64,000 bases of DNA from Podarcis filfolensis (Eukaryota), in NCBI GenBank assembly GCA_964270895.1, contig OZ185437.1; one strand, 5' to 3'. The position numbers and the translations under genes are program-made. Positions 1 to 12,697 of the stretch are shown piece by piece (within the stretch, counting starts at the first letter, position 1; every line of letters starts with the position of its first letter). The notes under the pieces were generated by a model. That model saw nothing but the letters and a program-made list of their open reading frames with translations, did not search any database and was not told where the DNA came from.

Positions 1-1101
1 AAGGATTTGAGAGTTTGACACCAAACTTTGAGACCCATAACCAGTTTTCCTGAGTTTAACTGAAGACCATGGGTTATATATATAGTCTATTTAATTGGAT
101 GGGGAAACTAGTATAAACTCAGCACTTAGGCATTGTCAGTTTGGCTACAAAACTACTCATATGTTGTGAAATAGTGCAAATGACTTTAATAGGAAACTTC
201 TGGAATTAATGTGTTGTGGCTTGCAGTCCAAGAAGCCCAGCTGCAAAGTTTGAAGCAGACTGCCAGAATGCTGATGATATGATAAAGGGATGAGGAGCAT
301 GTGGCAATGTGACTGTCTGTCTTATATCTAGCAATCAAAGTTTACATTCACTTTTCTTTCCCCTTTTTTGGTGTGTATGGTGAGGATGAAAGGCTTGTTT
401 CCATAATTACCATCTCAGAGGGAAGGTTAAGACCAAAGGTTAGCTCCAGTCTTCCTTCTGAGATAAGTTTTAATATGAGACCCTCTTTCATAGGAGCTGG
501 GGTGTGTGGAGGCCGGATCTTTACACAGAATACTAAATTCATGTGTGAAAACTTTGTGTCACCTTTATTGAATATTACTGAATATTTGAATCTTCCCTAA
601 AGGTTATGATTTCTAATGGAAGTTCCACACCTATTTTTCTTTTTGATTGACCAGCTATTCATGCTTCAGTCAGAGAAAATCAGATAGAGATAATCAGTTG
701 ATGCCTCAGTTGGAGCCAAAGTGGAACAGTACTGTAAATTTACATTGGTTCTATGCCGTTTTGTGGATTTGAGAATTTCAGTCTGCTGTAGTGCTGAGCT
801 TCAATTATTTGTTAAAAGTGCTTAATATGTCCTCTTTATTCATAGAACACAACTTGAGTCTGTTGTGGTTTGTTCTTGGTCCTGTGTCTGTTTAGTTCAT
901 TACTTTGCCTTGCCTTATCTGTGCTTTAACAAAATACAATAAATTTAATCTTTTAAAAGGAAAAAAGGACTAAAAATCCTAGGTAAGAGTGTTTACTACC
1001 TACATTTGTAGTGTGGATATATATGTTGTCATTGAACAAAGGTCACATATTAGAATCCTGCTGCCACTTCACTTTTCTCTCTCTCTTGCCTTCTTCCATA
1101 G

Positions 1102-1285
1102 GTATCTACACATTTCTTTCCAGCAGCTTAAAATCACTGGAGGAAAAAGACCATATCCATCGCGTTCTTGATAAAATCACAGACACCTTGATACATCTGA
1201 TGGCCAAATCAGGCCTCTCTCTGCAGCAGCAGCATAGGCGACTGGCTCAGCTCCTCCTCATCCTTTCCCACATTAGGCATATGAG
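1102..1285 (+). CDS. ESR1: Estrogen receptor alpha, penultimate coding exon (ligand-binding domain)
   Basis: Bounded by ttccatag| and |gtgagt; 184 nt, phase 1 to 2. Encodes (G)[60 protein letters not shown](S), near-identical to human ERalpha as recalled. Confidence 0.97.
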
Positions 1286-1439
1286 GTGAGTTGCACTAGT
1301 GAATGCTAACTTGTAAACAAAGCAGACATCATAATATAATATGCTACAGGGAGGGTCAAAAATGTTCTTTTCCCTTCACCATAAGGAGATATACTGACAA
1401 GTACTTCTGCAGACAAGGTTGTCCGCTCTGAAATTATTT

Positions 1440-1651
1440 AATTAACCTCCATCACCTCTAAACTTGAGAGGTCTGGAGGGTAGCAACACGAGAACGGGCC
1501 TTTTCTGCAGTGACTCCCCATCTGTGGAATGCTCTCCCCAGGGAAGTTCACCTGGCGCCTTCATGATACACCTTTAGGCGCCAGGCAAAAACATTCCTTT
1601 TTAACCAGGCCTTAGGATGTCAATCAAATCAACCCAATGTCCTTTTAAAAT

Positions 1652-1699
<48 letters not shown>

Positions 1700-1810
1700 G
1701 GGGGTTATTGGGTTGTTGTTGCTTTTTTGTAGTTTTATATTTTGATTTTATTCTGTGAACCACCCTGAGACCTGCAGTTATAGGGTGGTATATAAATTCA
1801 ATAAATAAAT
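1440..1810 (+). mobile_element. L2-type LINE 3' end fragment containing a (TG)n microsatellite (1654-1697)
   Basis: gggccttttctgcagtg..ctgtggaatgctctcccc..ttttaaccaggcctt and the terminal gtgaaccaccctgag..gggtggtatataaat(aata)n resemble squamate L2 tails. Confidence 0.65.
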
Positions 1811-1859
1811 GTCGCATTTGTGAAAAACAGTTACAATAGACTCATGTGGTTCATAGTCT

Positions 1860-3612
1860 AATAGAACCACCACCATTGGGGTCTGGTAAGGACCCCAAGA
1901 TCTCCTGCAACAATTTTGCAGATAAAATCAATCAAATTTGGAAAGAGGTAGAGTCCACCGTGGTAGCAGGGCCGGAGCGGGGGAGTGCCAGTGCCCTGTC
2001 TAGATGAGTTGTATGGGGTCAGTTTCAACCTGCTACCCCCAAGGATGTGGACAGGCTGCTTGGACAAGTAAAACCGACCACCTGTCTCCTTGATCCTTGC
2101 CCATTCTGGCTCATAAAAATGAGCCAGACAGGGCTGGGCAATGGGCTCTGTGGTGAATGCTTCCCTCTGTGAGGGAGTCTTCCTGGACCCCCTTAAAGAA
2201 GTGGTTATTAAACCGCTTCTTAAAAAACCATTTTTCAACCTGGTCACCTCGGCCGATTATCATACAGTCTCAAATACTCCAATCCTGGGCAAGATGATTG
2301 AGTGGGTGGTCACTGAACAACTTCAAGCATCTCTAGAGGATGTGGAACATTTGGACCCCTTCCAATCAGAGTTCAGGCCTGAAACCACCTTGGTCATGCT
2401 GGTCGATAATCTCCAGCAGGCTAGGGACAGAGGGGAAAACTGTTCCCTGGTTTTGCTGGATCTCTCAGCAGCTTTTGATACCATCATAGTATCCATCTGG
2501 ACCATCTAGGAGGTTTGGGAGCTGGAGGCACTGTTATGTAGTGGTTCTGCTCCCTCCTAGTCTGCTTACAGAAAATGGTGTTGGGGGATGAGTGTTTGGA
2601 CCCGTGGGTTCTCACTTGTGGGGTGCCTCAAGGTTCCATCCTCTCCCCCATCCTTTTTAATTTCTATATGAAGCCGCTGGTAGAGATCATCAGGGGGATT
2701 TGGCTGAGTGTCCACCAGTATGTGGACAATACCCAGCTCTACCTCTCATTTAAATTGAAATCAGTGAAGGTGGTGAATGTCCTTTGTGAGTTTCTTGGAG
2801 ACGGTTGGAGGATAGGTGACGGTTAACTGATTGAGGTTGAATCCTGACAAAACAGAAGTACTGTTTGTGGGGGACAGGGGGCGGGCAGGTGTGGGGGATC
2901 CTGAATGGGTAACTGTGCCCCTAAAAGACCAGGTACACAGCCCCAGGGTCATTTTGGACTCACAGCTGCCCATGGAGGTACAGGTCAACTCTGTGTCCAG
3001 GGCAGCTGTCTACCAGCTCCATCTGGTACACAGGCTGAGACCCTAACTGCCTGTACACTGTCTTCCCAGAGTGATACATGCTATTGTTATCTCCCACTTG
3101 GACTATTGCAATGTGCTCTTTGAAAGTGACTTGGAACTACCATTAACCCAGAATGTAGCTGCTAGACTGGTGACTAGGAACAGCTGCCAGGGCCATATAA
3201 CACAAGTCCTAAAAGATCTACATTGATTTATGCTCGGAAACGTACTGGGAGCCAAAGTGTTGGTGTTGACTTTTAAATCCCTAAATGGCTTTGGTCCTGT
3301 ATACCTGAAGGAGTGTCTCCATTCCCATCATTCAGCTTGGACACTGAGGTCAAGCTCTTGAGGGCCTTCAGGAGGTTCCCTCATTACAAGAAGTGAGCAT
3401 ATAGGGAACCAGGCAGAGGGCCTTCTCAGTAGTGGCACCCGCCTATGGAACTCCATCCCATTAGATGTCAAAGAGATAAATTATTATATAACTTTTAAGG
3501 CAGCGCTGCATCAGGAAGCTTTTAATGTGTGATGTTCTGTTGCAGTTTTGTATATTTTGTTGGAAGCTGCCCAGAGTGGCTGGGGCAACCCAGTCAGATG
3601 GGAGGGGTACAA
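1860..3612 (+). mobile_element. Degraded, 5'-truncated L2 LINE (RT region plus 3' tail) in ESR1 intron
   Basis: Broken ORFs give RT motifs (KEVVIKPLLKKP, SNTPILGKMIEWVV, LVLLDLSAAFDTI, GVPQGSILSPILFN, HQYVDNTQLY, LNPDKTEVL). L2-like tail ggaagctgcccagagtggctggggcaacccagtcagatggg. Confidence 0.88.
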
Positions 3613-3613
3613 G

Positions 3614-3866
3614 TACTGTATTTTTTGCTCTATAAGACTCACTTTTTTCCCTCCTAAAAAGTAAGGGGAAATGTGTGCGCGTCTTATGGGGCGAATGCAG
3701 GCTGCGCAGCTATCCCAGAAGCCAGAACAGCAAGAGGGATTGCTGCTTTCACTGTGCAGCGATCCCACTTGCTGTTCTGGCTTCTGAGATTCAGAATATT
3801 TTTTTTCTTGTTTTCCTTCTTGTGGTCTGGTGCGTCTTATAGTCTTATAGAGAGAAAAATACGGTA
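3614..3866. mobile_element. Tc1/mariner-superfamily MITE (TA target; TIR type CCGTATTTTTCGCTCTATAAGAC)
   Basis: TA-ctgtattttttgctctataagac ... gtcttatagagagaaaaatacgg-TA; internal long hairpin at about 3715-3786. Confidence 0.85.
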
Positions 3867-4835
3867 AATAACAATAATAACAACAATTCATTAAAACAAT
3901 GGAAAGTGAGATAACCTAATGTTTCTACACACATGACAGCACATACTGGTATGCCTTTTAGGTTTAGGTTTTTTTAAGGAAGAAGCAAATTGTGACTCTT
4001 ATTAGTAAAAGATATATAGTAAATTTCCAGGACAGGAATGAGAAGAGAGAACCTCTAATGGTGCACTAAAGTATAATTTATTCAGGCCACTGTGTTTAGA
4101 TCGCACTCTTCATCAGAGGCAGTATAAAACAATCTTCGTTATTTCCAGCGTCAATCGTACTCCAAGGAGGCCAGTTAAAATTATTGGACATTATTAACTT
4201 AGGTCCCATATCAATGGGTCTACTCTGAGTAGCCCTTGGCTACAGACCTCTGTATTTTGGACATGTTCTGTTACAAAGCGATTCATGTCATTAAGATAAA
4301 GCGCATTGGACTGAATGCATTAAATTTTAGTACACCTCAGACATTCTCTTTTCTCATTCCTGTCTTCCATCCTTTTTTCCACTTTCCCTGACAGGTCACA
4401 ATACATGGCTGGAAGGCTGTGTTTGGGGCCTTATGGTGAAGGGCTGGTAAGAAATTTTATAAAGAAATAAAATAAATAATAAGTTATGTGTGGGGTATAT
4501 AATAAATTGTACATCTCTACTGAAACATGATACTGTAGTGGTGTTTTAAAATGAGGGCAGGGAAGGAAAGGGGCCTATGAGGGAAGAGTCAGGATCTGTG
4601 GACAGGCCCAGAGCCACTAGCACCACCAAATTCTTATCATAATATGGAGTGCTTTTAAAGAGTAGTTCAGAATTCATAAACATTTAAGGAATATGTCAAG
4701 TTGCACTATTGTTCCTTCTTTCTTAGAGGGTGTAACCTAACTGGTAGCAGCTCTCCAGAGTTTCAGACAAGTCACAGTCAAAAGTTCTACTGGAAAACAC
4801 AGAGGGATTGAACCAAGGCCCCTATGCACATAAAG

Positions 4836-4963
4836 CAGGGTAGCCAATGTGGTTCCCTCTCTTGAGACTACAGCTCCCATCATGCCAAATCCTTGGTTAC
4901 GCTGGCTGGGACTGATGGTTGTAGTCCAACAATAACTGGAGGCCACCATATTGGCTATCGCTG
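4836..4963. mobile_element. Palindromic hAT-type MITE
   Basis: Imperfect TIRs cagggtagccaatgtggt / accatattggctatcgctg; internal arms gactacagctcccatca / ctgatggttgtagtc. TSD degraded. Confidence 0.7.
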
Positions 4964-5406
4964 GGGTAAAGCATGCACTTTTTCACTGAACTCGAGTCCT
5001 TTTTCAATGTTACTGAGTTTTCACCACTGTGCAACATGACAGCAGTAGAACAATCTTAGAATGTCAGTCACAATAGCATTACTATGAGGACAAATGTATT
5101 GCCTATCTCTCTAGGGAATTGCAACATTTCTGAGACAAAGATCTGCAGCATCTGGATATGCCCTAAAAATGTTGCAGAGTCTCGTGAAGAGACTTAAGAC
5201 ATGTTGGTCTCGGAAGCAAAAAGAAAAAGAAATGAATTCAACCCCTGAATAGTATCATCACCACCACCACCACCGTGTCAATTGGTGGCACTTCTCAGGG
5301 TATTCCAAAGTTGGATTCCCCTACTTTGTCCTGTGGTAGATCCATGCCTGGAAGTATGATTTCTCTGCATGATAACATCTTGTTTTATTTCTATGTGAAT
5401 CTGCAG

Positions 5407-5641
5407 CAATAAAGGAATGGAGCACCTCTACAACATGAAGTGCAAGAATGTGGTCCCTCTTTATGATTTGTTGCTGGAAATGCTAGATGCCCACCGTTTG
5501 CATGCCCCTGCAGCAAAAAAAACACCGCCACGTGAAGATGAGGCCATGAACCAGTTAGCAACCACATCCACTGCAATGCATTCCTTACCACCTTGCCGTG
5601 TGAACAAAAAGGAAGATGCAAAGGAGCCAGAAACCAAATGA
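5407..5641 (+). CDS. ESR1: Estrogen receptor alpha, last coding exon (helices 11-12/AF-2 plus F domain)
   Basis: Acceptor ctgcag| at 5401-5406, phase-compatible with the previous exon (AG|C = Ser). Encodes [34 protein letters not shown]...EPETK, stop TGA at 5639-5641. Confidence 0.97.
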
Positions 5642-6343
5642 GAGCCTACATTTCAAATAGCCTACAGCTTTCTGATAATCCCATTAAAAAACTACCTACT
5701 TCAGGCTTAGCTGAACTGGTACCATGTGTAAGCACTCCAATACTCAACAATCACCAGTGATTCCCAAAGCATTGCTTGATGATATTGTTAGTGGAATGTA
5801 TAATTTTGGACATAATATGGGGAGTCAGAAACAATTATCTCTGTTTAATATAAACATAACACAATCATGAGGATTCCTGAGGTCTTTTTGCTGGTATCAG
5901 ACTGAAAATTTGGGTGACCTTTCTCTTTGAAATCAACTGAGCAAAGATCCCAGCTGAGTTTGAGTAGGTGATGTTTACATTTGATGTTCATTGGCTCTTT
6001 GATAAATGTAAGAACCCTATTCCCCCCCAGCACACCCACGTACACACAAAATGATGGCGAACTACTCAGATTTTGTTAGACTCCAGTCTCATTCATATTT
6101 CAAGAAAAACCAACAGGATTTAGAATATCACCATTCAGGCTTTTTTATTGTTATTTCAGGGACGTAATCTATACACAGCTAAACAAAAACTTTAGACCAC
6201 GTGAACAGATGACTTCAGCAACAAATCCTTCAATTAACTTGTTATGAGTGACAAAGAAGTGCTAGGTTGCAGTGGCACCCATAATGGGCTTGGTACAGCA
6301 TTACAGTGTTTATGCTGGTAGAGATGGAAGAGGTAGTTTTATG

Positions 6344-6502
6344 CAGAGCTATTTTTCTAGAAAAAGAAGTGCCGGAACTCACCACGAATACCTCCCTCAT
6401 TCTTTTAGAATGGCAATGGCGCCCACCTGAAAGGTGCCAGAACCCTTCTGAGATGTGCCAGAACCAAGTTCCAGTGAGTTCCAGCTGGGAAAAGAAGCCC
6501 TG
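6344..6502. mobile_element. hAT MITE inside the ESR1 3'UTR
   Basis: CAG...CTG ends with a perfect 8-bp TSD GTTTTATG (6336-6343, 6503-6510). Confidence 0.85.
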
Positions 6503-9288
6503 GTTTTATGATCACATAAAGAATTCTTAGATGGGTAGCTACAGGCAGAATCCAGCACATGGGCCTACTAATTTCTGCAATGTGTTTGGAATGAAAGGAT
6601 TGTACAAAAGTACTGTGCAGAAGTATATCCTTCCCACAGTTGTCTGGGAGTCAACCTTGCATTAACAATTATAGCAGAAGTTTTTTATATATTGCCTTTG
6701 ACCAGAAAGGCAATTAATGCATTTTATAAATAAGCAGAAGAATCAAAATGGTTCAGTTTAGACACTACCTGATACATTATAGTATGAGATGGCAAAATCT
6801 GACTGATCATGTGGGAAGTTTTGTTGGTGCTGCCAGGAAGATACCACACTAGAATGGGAGCTTCCCTTTGTATGTTGCCATTTTGTACTGCAACTGAACA
6901 GCTTGCTGCTGCATACTTAGGGGTAGCAGCACTCTCACTTGTATGAATGGCATTGAATTTGGTCTCAAAGAAAAAGCTTGTATCCTTACAATTGCTGGGA
7001 AACAGAACAATTGTATCTGTTGCATACTATCAATACTGCACAAGAGGACAATAATGTGGGGTCTTTGGGTTCTACATAGGTACAGAAGTGAGTCTTCATG
7101 TTTGTGACTGGATGCTCCCCAGTGTACAAAATAGCTCTGTGTTGAGTAACTACTGGCAAAGAGGAGGGAGGTGATGTGAGTAAAGACAATTTGTGTTGCA
7201 CTGCAGCCGAGGTCACTTTCTGCTATTGGCCCAGGCACATACTGGCCCCAACTAATGATGATGAGCACACACACCTGGGGGCAGAACGGAACCAAATCTG
7301 CAGGTGATCATCATGAGCTGCTTTTGTGGTATATATTGTTGCGCTCCTGCCTCTACCCAAAATCTATAAAAAGCAGTACAAGCACTAATGTTGTGAATAG
7401 TTTTCATCTCGTCTTAATTTTGCAAAATGCGCTCACCGATGCCTAGATATTAAGCTTTATTTCTGGTGGCCTTGCTTTTTATTAACGTAATGAAGTATTT
7501 GTCTTTCTGCATTCAAAATGTACAACAAAACAACACAAATGGTTCTGCTTTGAAACTTCCCCAAAGCTGTTGGGGACTACAAAGTGCCTTGTCATAAATT
7601 GACACATTTTCAAGTGATAACTGCTTTCTTGTGCATTGCATAGCATGAAGTATAAGCAAGAAGTCAAAATGTGTGTAGGACAACATTTAAAATAATCAGC
7701 AAAGTTTATCCATTTGTATCCCAGTGCTTATAACACCCAATACATATAATTTGTACCCTTTTTTCTAGGGGGTATTTTTAGCTATTTCCCCAATCCTCTG
7801 TTTCTTTGTGGGCACAGAGCTTTATGTGTGTACAGAACTCCTGTGCTTGCAAGGACTTATCCATTAACATCAGTGAAAATGGCACAAAGGACAGCCAGGG
7901 GCTTTCCCTCCATTATAGTGAATAGGGAACAATTGTCAGGCACAAGAGCTCTGTGGTTGCATTGGATAACAGAGATGTTGAACTCTGGATGGAAGGTAAT
8001 GTGTACAACACAAATTAACCATCATTGATCTAAATACACAGCTGCTTTCTTGGTTCTCCTACTTAATAGCCACTTGTGTAAATTACTTAAGTAGATCTGA
8101 ACTAATTTTTGTAATTTATAGACATCAGTTTTGATAAAGACCATGGAAATAATTGCTTTGGCTTCAGAAAGAAGCAAGCAAAAACAAGACAAGCTACAAA
8201 GAAGCTGTGGGTGAGGGAGGGGAAATGTCAGTTTGCAACCAGAATTTGTGGTTTTAAATCTCTAGTTTTAATGCCAACATACCTGTGGCAGGTTTAGCTT
8301 GGGAGTCCAAGGGGGGAATGTGTTACTTTCTATTAAATCTGTTTAACTTTGCAGGGGTGGGGTGGTTAGTTGTTACTATTGTTAGATTGTTGAAAGCATT
8401 GTTTTATCATTATTATTGAAAGCACCTTAAATGATGTAATGTGTGTGTTTGTATGCATATTATATACACACATGCAGAGCTCACCTAACAGACAACTGAA
8501 TGTAACTGTTGTATTAACCCAGTCAACCGACTAAAATACAAAAATCACCATATGTTGTTTTTATACTTTTCAGCTATCCTCTCATATGCAATCATTTGTG
8601 CCTAAGGCTTAGCGATTGTTAGAAATCACTATTTCATATCAATTTTTATATTTACATTAGCCAAGACAGCACTAATTTAGCCTTGTACCTGAACACGATG
8701 AGGAACTATCCTTTAATGAAGGAAGGACATTCAAGGCAGCTAATTACGTTTCTTACCAAAATACTACTAATGATGGATATGAAAGATACCAAATATGGCA
8801 AGGATTGGTTCTTCTTTTTAAGCCGAACGGTTGATACTGCACTTAAATTTAAAGACCAAAACATAAAATGCCCTGGAGATATAGAAAATGTAATCTTGCT
8901 ACATGCCAAATCATTGTGATATGTTGGATTAACTTGCCTTATCTAATGTCAATTAACAGGCTCACTGGAAATACACAGGAGTGGAAAAGCCTTGAGTGGT
9001 GATATTTGTCTCTTTTCATTATTTCTTTTTTTGGTAAGGGCAACTTTTATAGCCAAGTATGAAAGCCATTCTTGTATTTAATGGTATTGTGGACAACCTC
9101 CTCCTGCACATAATCAGCCTCACCCAGTCATCGTTTTCTGTGTGGCAGGGTTATGCTTTTCTGTATGCTCATGCCATCTGAAATGCCCCTACTACACACA
9201 GAAAACAATGAGAGACATATTGTTCTGTCTCCTGCATGGAAAAAAATCAAATCTGTAAGAGATAGTGCTGCGCAACAGTAATTGTCTT

Positions 9289-9506
9289 TTTAAAAAATCC
9301 TTCCAGTAGCAACTTAGAGACCAACTAAGTTTGTTATTGGTATGAGCTTTCGTGTGCATGCATACTTCTTCAGAAGTGTGCATGCACACGAAAGCTCATA
9401 CCAGTAACAAATAACAAACTTAGTTGGTCTCTAAGGTGCTACTGGAAGGATTTTTTTGTATTTTGTTTCAACTACGGCAGACCAGAACGGCTACCTACCT
9501 GTAACG
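9289..9506 (+). mobile_element. Penelope-like element terminus (inverted plus direct pLTR) with hammerhead remnants, inside the ESR1 3'UTR
   Basis: Inverted arms 9292-9368 and 9373-9456; contains GAAGTGTGCATGCACACGAAAGCTCATACC; flanked by a 12-bp near-TSD AGTAATT(G/A)TCTT (9277-9288, 9507-9518). Confidence 0.8.
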
Positions 9507-11494
9507 AGTAATTATCTTATCTGTTTGGATGGCTTGCCACCAGAACAGGCACAATTTAGTGAACTTGAACTGTGAACAACCAATCTGATCTGCCAGACTC
9601 TCTAGCCACATCCTAACACAAAGGTGAGTCTCTACCTGCATCTTAATGCAAGAGTGAGTGCATAACAACATCACAGTATTGTGTTCAGTACTAATTATTG
9701 ATGTGCCGCACAGGTAACTTGCAGCATACTCACATTTAACTTGTATTCATCCAGCTTTATGAGATTGGCAAATTTAAAAAATTAAATTAAAATGGCGACA
9801 AAAATATGGGGGGGGCATCTGGGGAAAAGAACTTTGGCAATCCCACCACTGCACCCAATGTGTTTTGAATATACGTAATTTTGGCTGCAAGTGCTATCCT
9901 CAGAATGTTACCCTCACATAAGTTGAGAGTTGCCTGTATTAGTTACATTCCTGGTTATTGCTGGGGCAAGCCAACTGAGGGAGAGCAAGAATTACAGTGG
10001 AAACTCCTGGATGTTTGTGTATGTTGACTTTTGCCACTGCACTATTGATTAAGGAATTTTCATCTTAATGTAGTCTCAAAACACTTGGGGCAAAAATTGC
10101 CCATTTTTTTTTTGTGTAATCTCTCACATTACTTACTATCCTGTTAGTCTCATGATAATATTATGTGACAGAAAACAATGCAAGTGGCTGAATTTTTCCT
10201 TGATGGTTTTCCATTAGCCTATTGCCATTTAAAAAGTTGTCCTTCTGTACATAATTATCAACCTAAACTTGCCCATTGGAAAATTAGCTATGCCCTGATC
10301 CGGCATCGTGTCTTACAACTAAGTCCTAAGTGGGGAAGCACATTCCCATCCACCTCAAAAAAACACATCTAGTTAGTTTTAAGGAGCCTAGATAAGCATC
10401 TTCATTAGCATTTGCTGTACACATGGAATCCTGCTTACACAGCTTTTATTTGCTGGATTGTGGTGCTAGTACTTGCCATACAATTTGGTATGGACTTGAG
10501 CCTTCATTTTACAGACATGTTCTCAATGCTACTGCTTTTAAAATGCAAAGCTAAAAGCCAACTTTTAAGTACACAAACTTTTGAAGATGCAAATGCTCTG
10601 CAGGGTAAGTCAAATTAATTGTTTGCTCTACATTACACCAATTTCTGAAAGCTTTTTTTCTAATGTATCTTACTGTGGCTTTGTGAAGTGAGTCTTCAGA
10701 ACTGAAGTGACTGCTGAGTCAAGACTTGATCTTAATGCAGTGTTTTAAGCTATCTGTCCTAGTACATAAAACATTGTTGGAGTGGAATTGTGACATAAAT
10801 CTTGGGGTACCAAAAATTTTCTTTTACATGAAAAGCCTTCTCTTTATAGATGCATTCTCTAGTTTTAATTCAAATATGGATGTGTTAATGTCTGGAATAT
10901 TGTTCTGTATGTGATCATTGCCTTTTGACGGGCACTTCAACTTTGCACTGTTCTAAAGAGATTTTTGTAAAGAATCTACTTTTTTTGCATTCAAATGTGC
11001 CTAAACTTATATGCTGCCATGCTGCAAGCCTGTATTTTAGTAGGAATGTTGTCCTGCTGTGCACCTTTTTCTAAAAAAACAAACAAAAACAAAAAACAAG
11101 CAGTGTACTCAATCTTGAAGTGCCCATCTAAGAATGGCAGAAGGATGCTAGTCAGAGAATAAACTCAACAAGCCACTTTATGCCACCTTATTGTATATAT
11201 TTTTAAAATGAAGCTTTTTGTGCACTACAATATCCTTTCATTGTAAAGCTTTCCCTTTATTATGAGGCTCATGGGCCATAATGTATTTGTTGAAATATTC
11301 TGCTCTTTTGCTGATGCATGTAATGGTATAATTGATGTCCCTGTTTTGTTAGAATATTGCTTTGTTAAATGAAAGAAAAGTTTAAAAAGGGTAAACTTCC
11401 TTTTTTTGCACTTTCAAAAAATGTTACAAGCAGCTTCAGAAAAAAAATCAGCAGGATATCTGATCTGTCAAGATTTTCTCAGCTTTGATGTCAA

Positions 11495-11500
11495 AATAAA
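11495..11500 (+). terminator. ESR1: ESR1 polyadenylation signal AATAAA
   Basis: AATAAA at the end of the conserved 3'UTR block; GT-rich element about 25 nt downstream. Confidence 0.72.
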
Positions 11501-12697
11501 ACAATGAACCACAGCACATTCTAGTTTGTGTATTACTAAAATATATTACCTTGGGTACAGTTCTCAATAATGACTGATTACATTTCCCTCTCATTTAGCT
11601 TTAGTAAAAAAAAAAAAAACACAATTCTTAGGTTTTGAAAATAAGTGAAGGTTAAAACTTCTGTACAATACAAAAGTAAACGCACAAACAACAAAAACTG
11701 AAATTTTTACATTAGTTTTAACCTTCACATGAGGATCTGAAAAACAGATTCATCCATTTAAAAACAAATCATGCAACCTTGGGCTTGTCCCCCCACCCTG
11801 CAAAATGATTTGATTCTACATAATAAAAATCCTCCTTCCACTTTTATGCTAAACTCCCAGAATACAACTGTTAAATACATGAAATGGTACTGTGCAAGAA
11901 TAATCAATTTCAAGTTTAAGGGACCTTGAAAAGAATTTTTTTTTACAAGAACCCTGATGTCCATTAACCAGAGCTTACTTCAACATACTAATCCCCGTGT
12001 ATGTGTAGCAGCTGTATTCTGTGAACTAAAAATGGGGGAAACCTACATATGCAGGTACATATACAGTATACTGCAGATCAAAGATCTAATACAAAACACT
12101 ATCTAGTCAGCAGAGTTTCCCAAATAAATGGTGAACGGCATCCAATAAATACTCCTACTTTACAGATAAGAAATGAGTACAAGGCCAGGCATGGCAAATG
12201 ATTTTTTTTTTTTTTTGCAAGTTTACTTATTACCATTAAGCTATTGCGTGCCATAAACTTTTGCCAATTTACTTGCAAATCTCTCACATAGCAATCAGTA
12301 GATCTTTATATTGTTCTCCACTCCCATTTTAAAGAAATCCTTGTGTGATAGTGAATTGGGACCCACTTGAACAATATTAGGTATCTCATAAGGGCTGGAT
12401 CATACAAGCACTTGATTAACCAACATTTGATGAAATGCCGTTGAATGTATGAACTGACACTGTTGAACAATATTTGGTGTATTAAAAAACTTAAAAAGGA
12501 AAAGCCCTAAATGGGCAGAGGGACCTTGAACACCAGTGAGCATGCTTGGTGGCTACAGGAAGTGGAATGGGGAGTGGGGGTGTTTGAAAACACTCTGAAA
12601 ACCTTGAGCAGGGAATGAAATTGTGTAACCTGTATCGGGACATAGCTGGGTGGCTGGGACCCTAAACGAGCACTCCACAATGCAGCATATTGTTGTA

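Larger units (their letters stand above)
5642..11520 (+). other. ESR1: ESR1 3'UTR (~5.9 kb, inferred)
   Basis: The distal part (10930-11500: GGCACTTCAACTTTGCACTG, TTTTTGTGCACTACA, TTTTGCACTTT, TTTTCTC..TTTGATGTCAAAATAAA) resembles my recollection of the end of the human ESR1 3'UTR. It ends in AATAAA followed by a TTTGTGT element. Confidence 0.75.

Noticed and set aside
1102-5641. ESR2/SYNE2 as alternative gene identities
   Set aside because: The peptides ([31 protein letters not shown]; KASH ending HPMLRYTNGPPPL) match ERalpha and nesprin-1 as recalled, not the paralogs.
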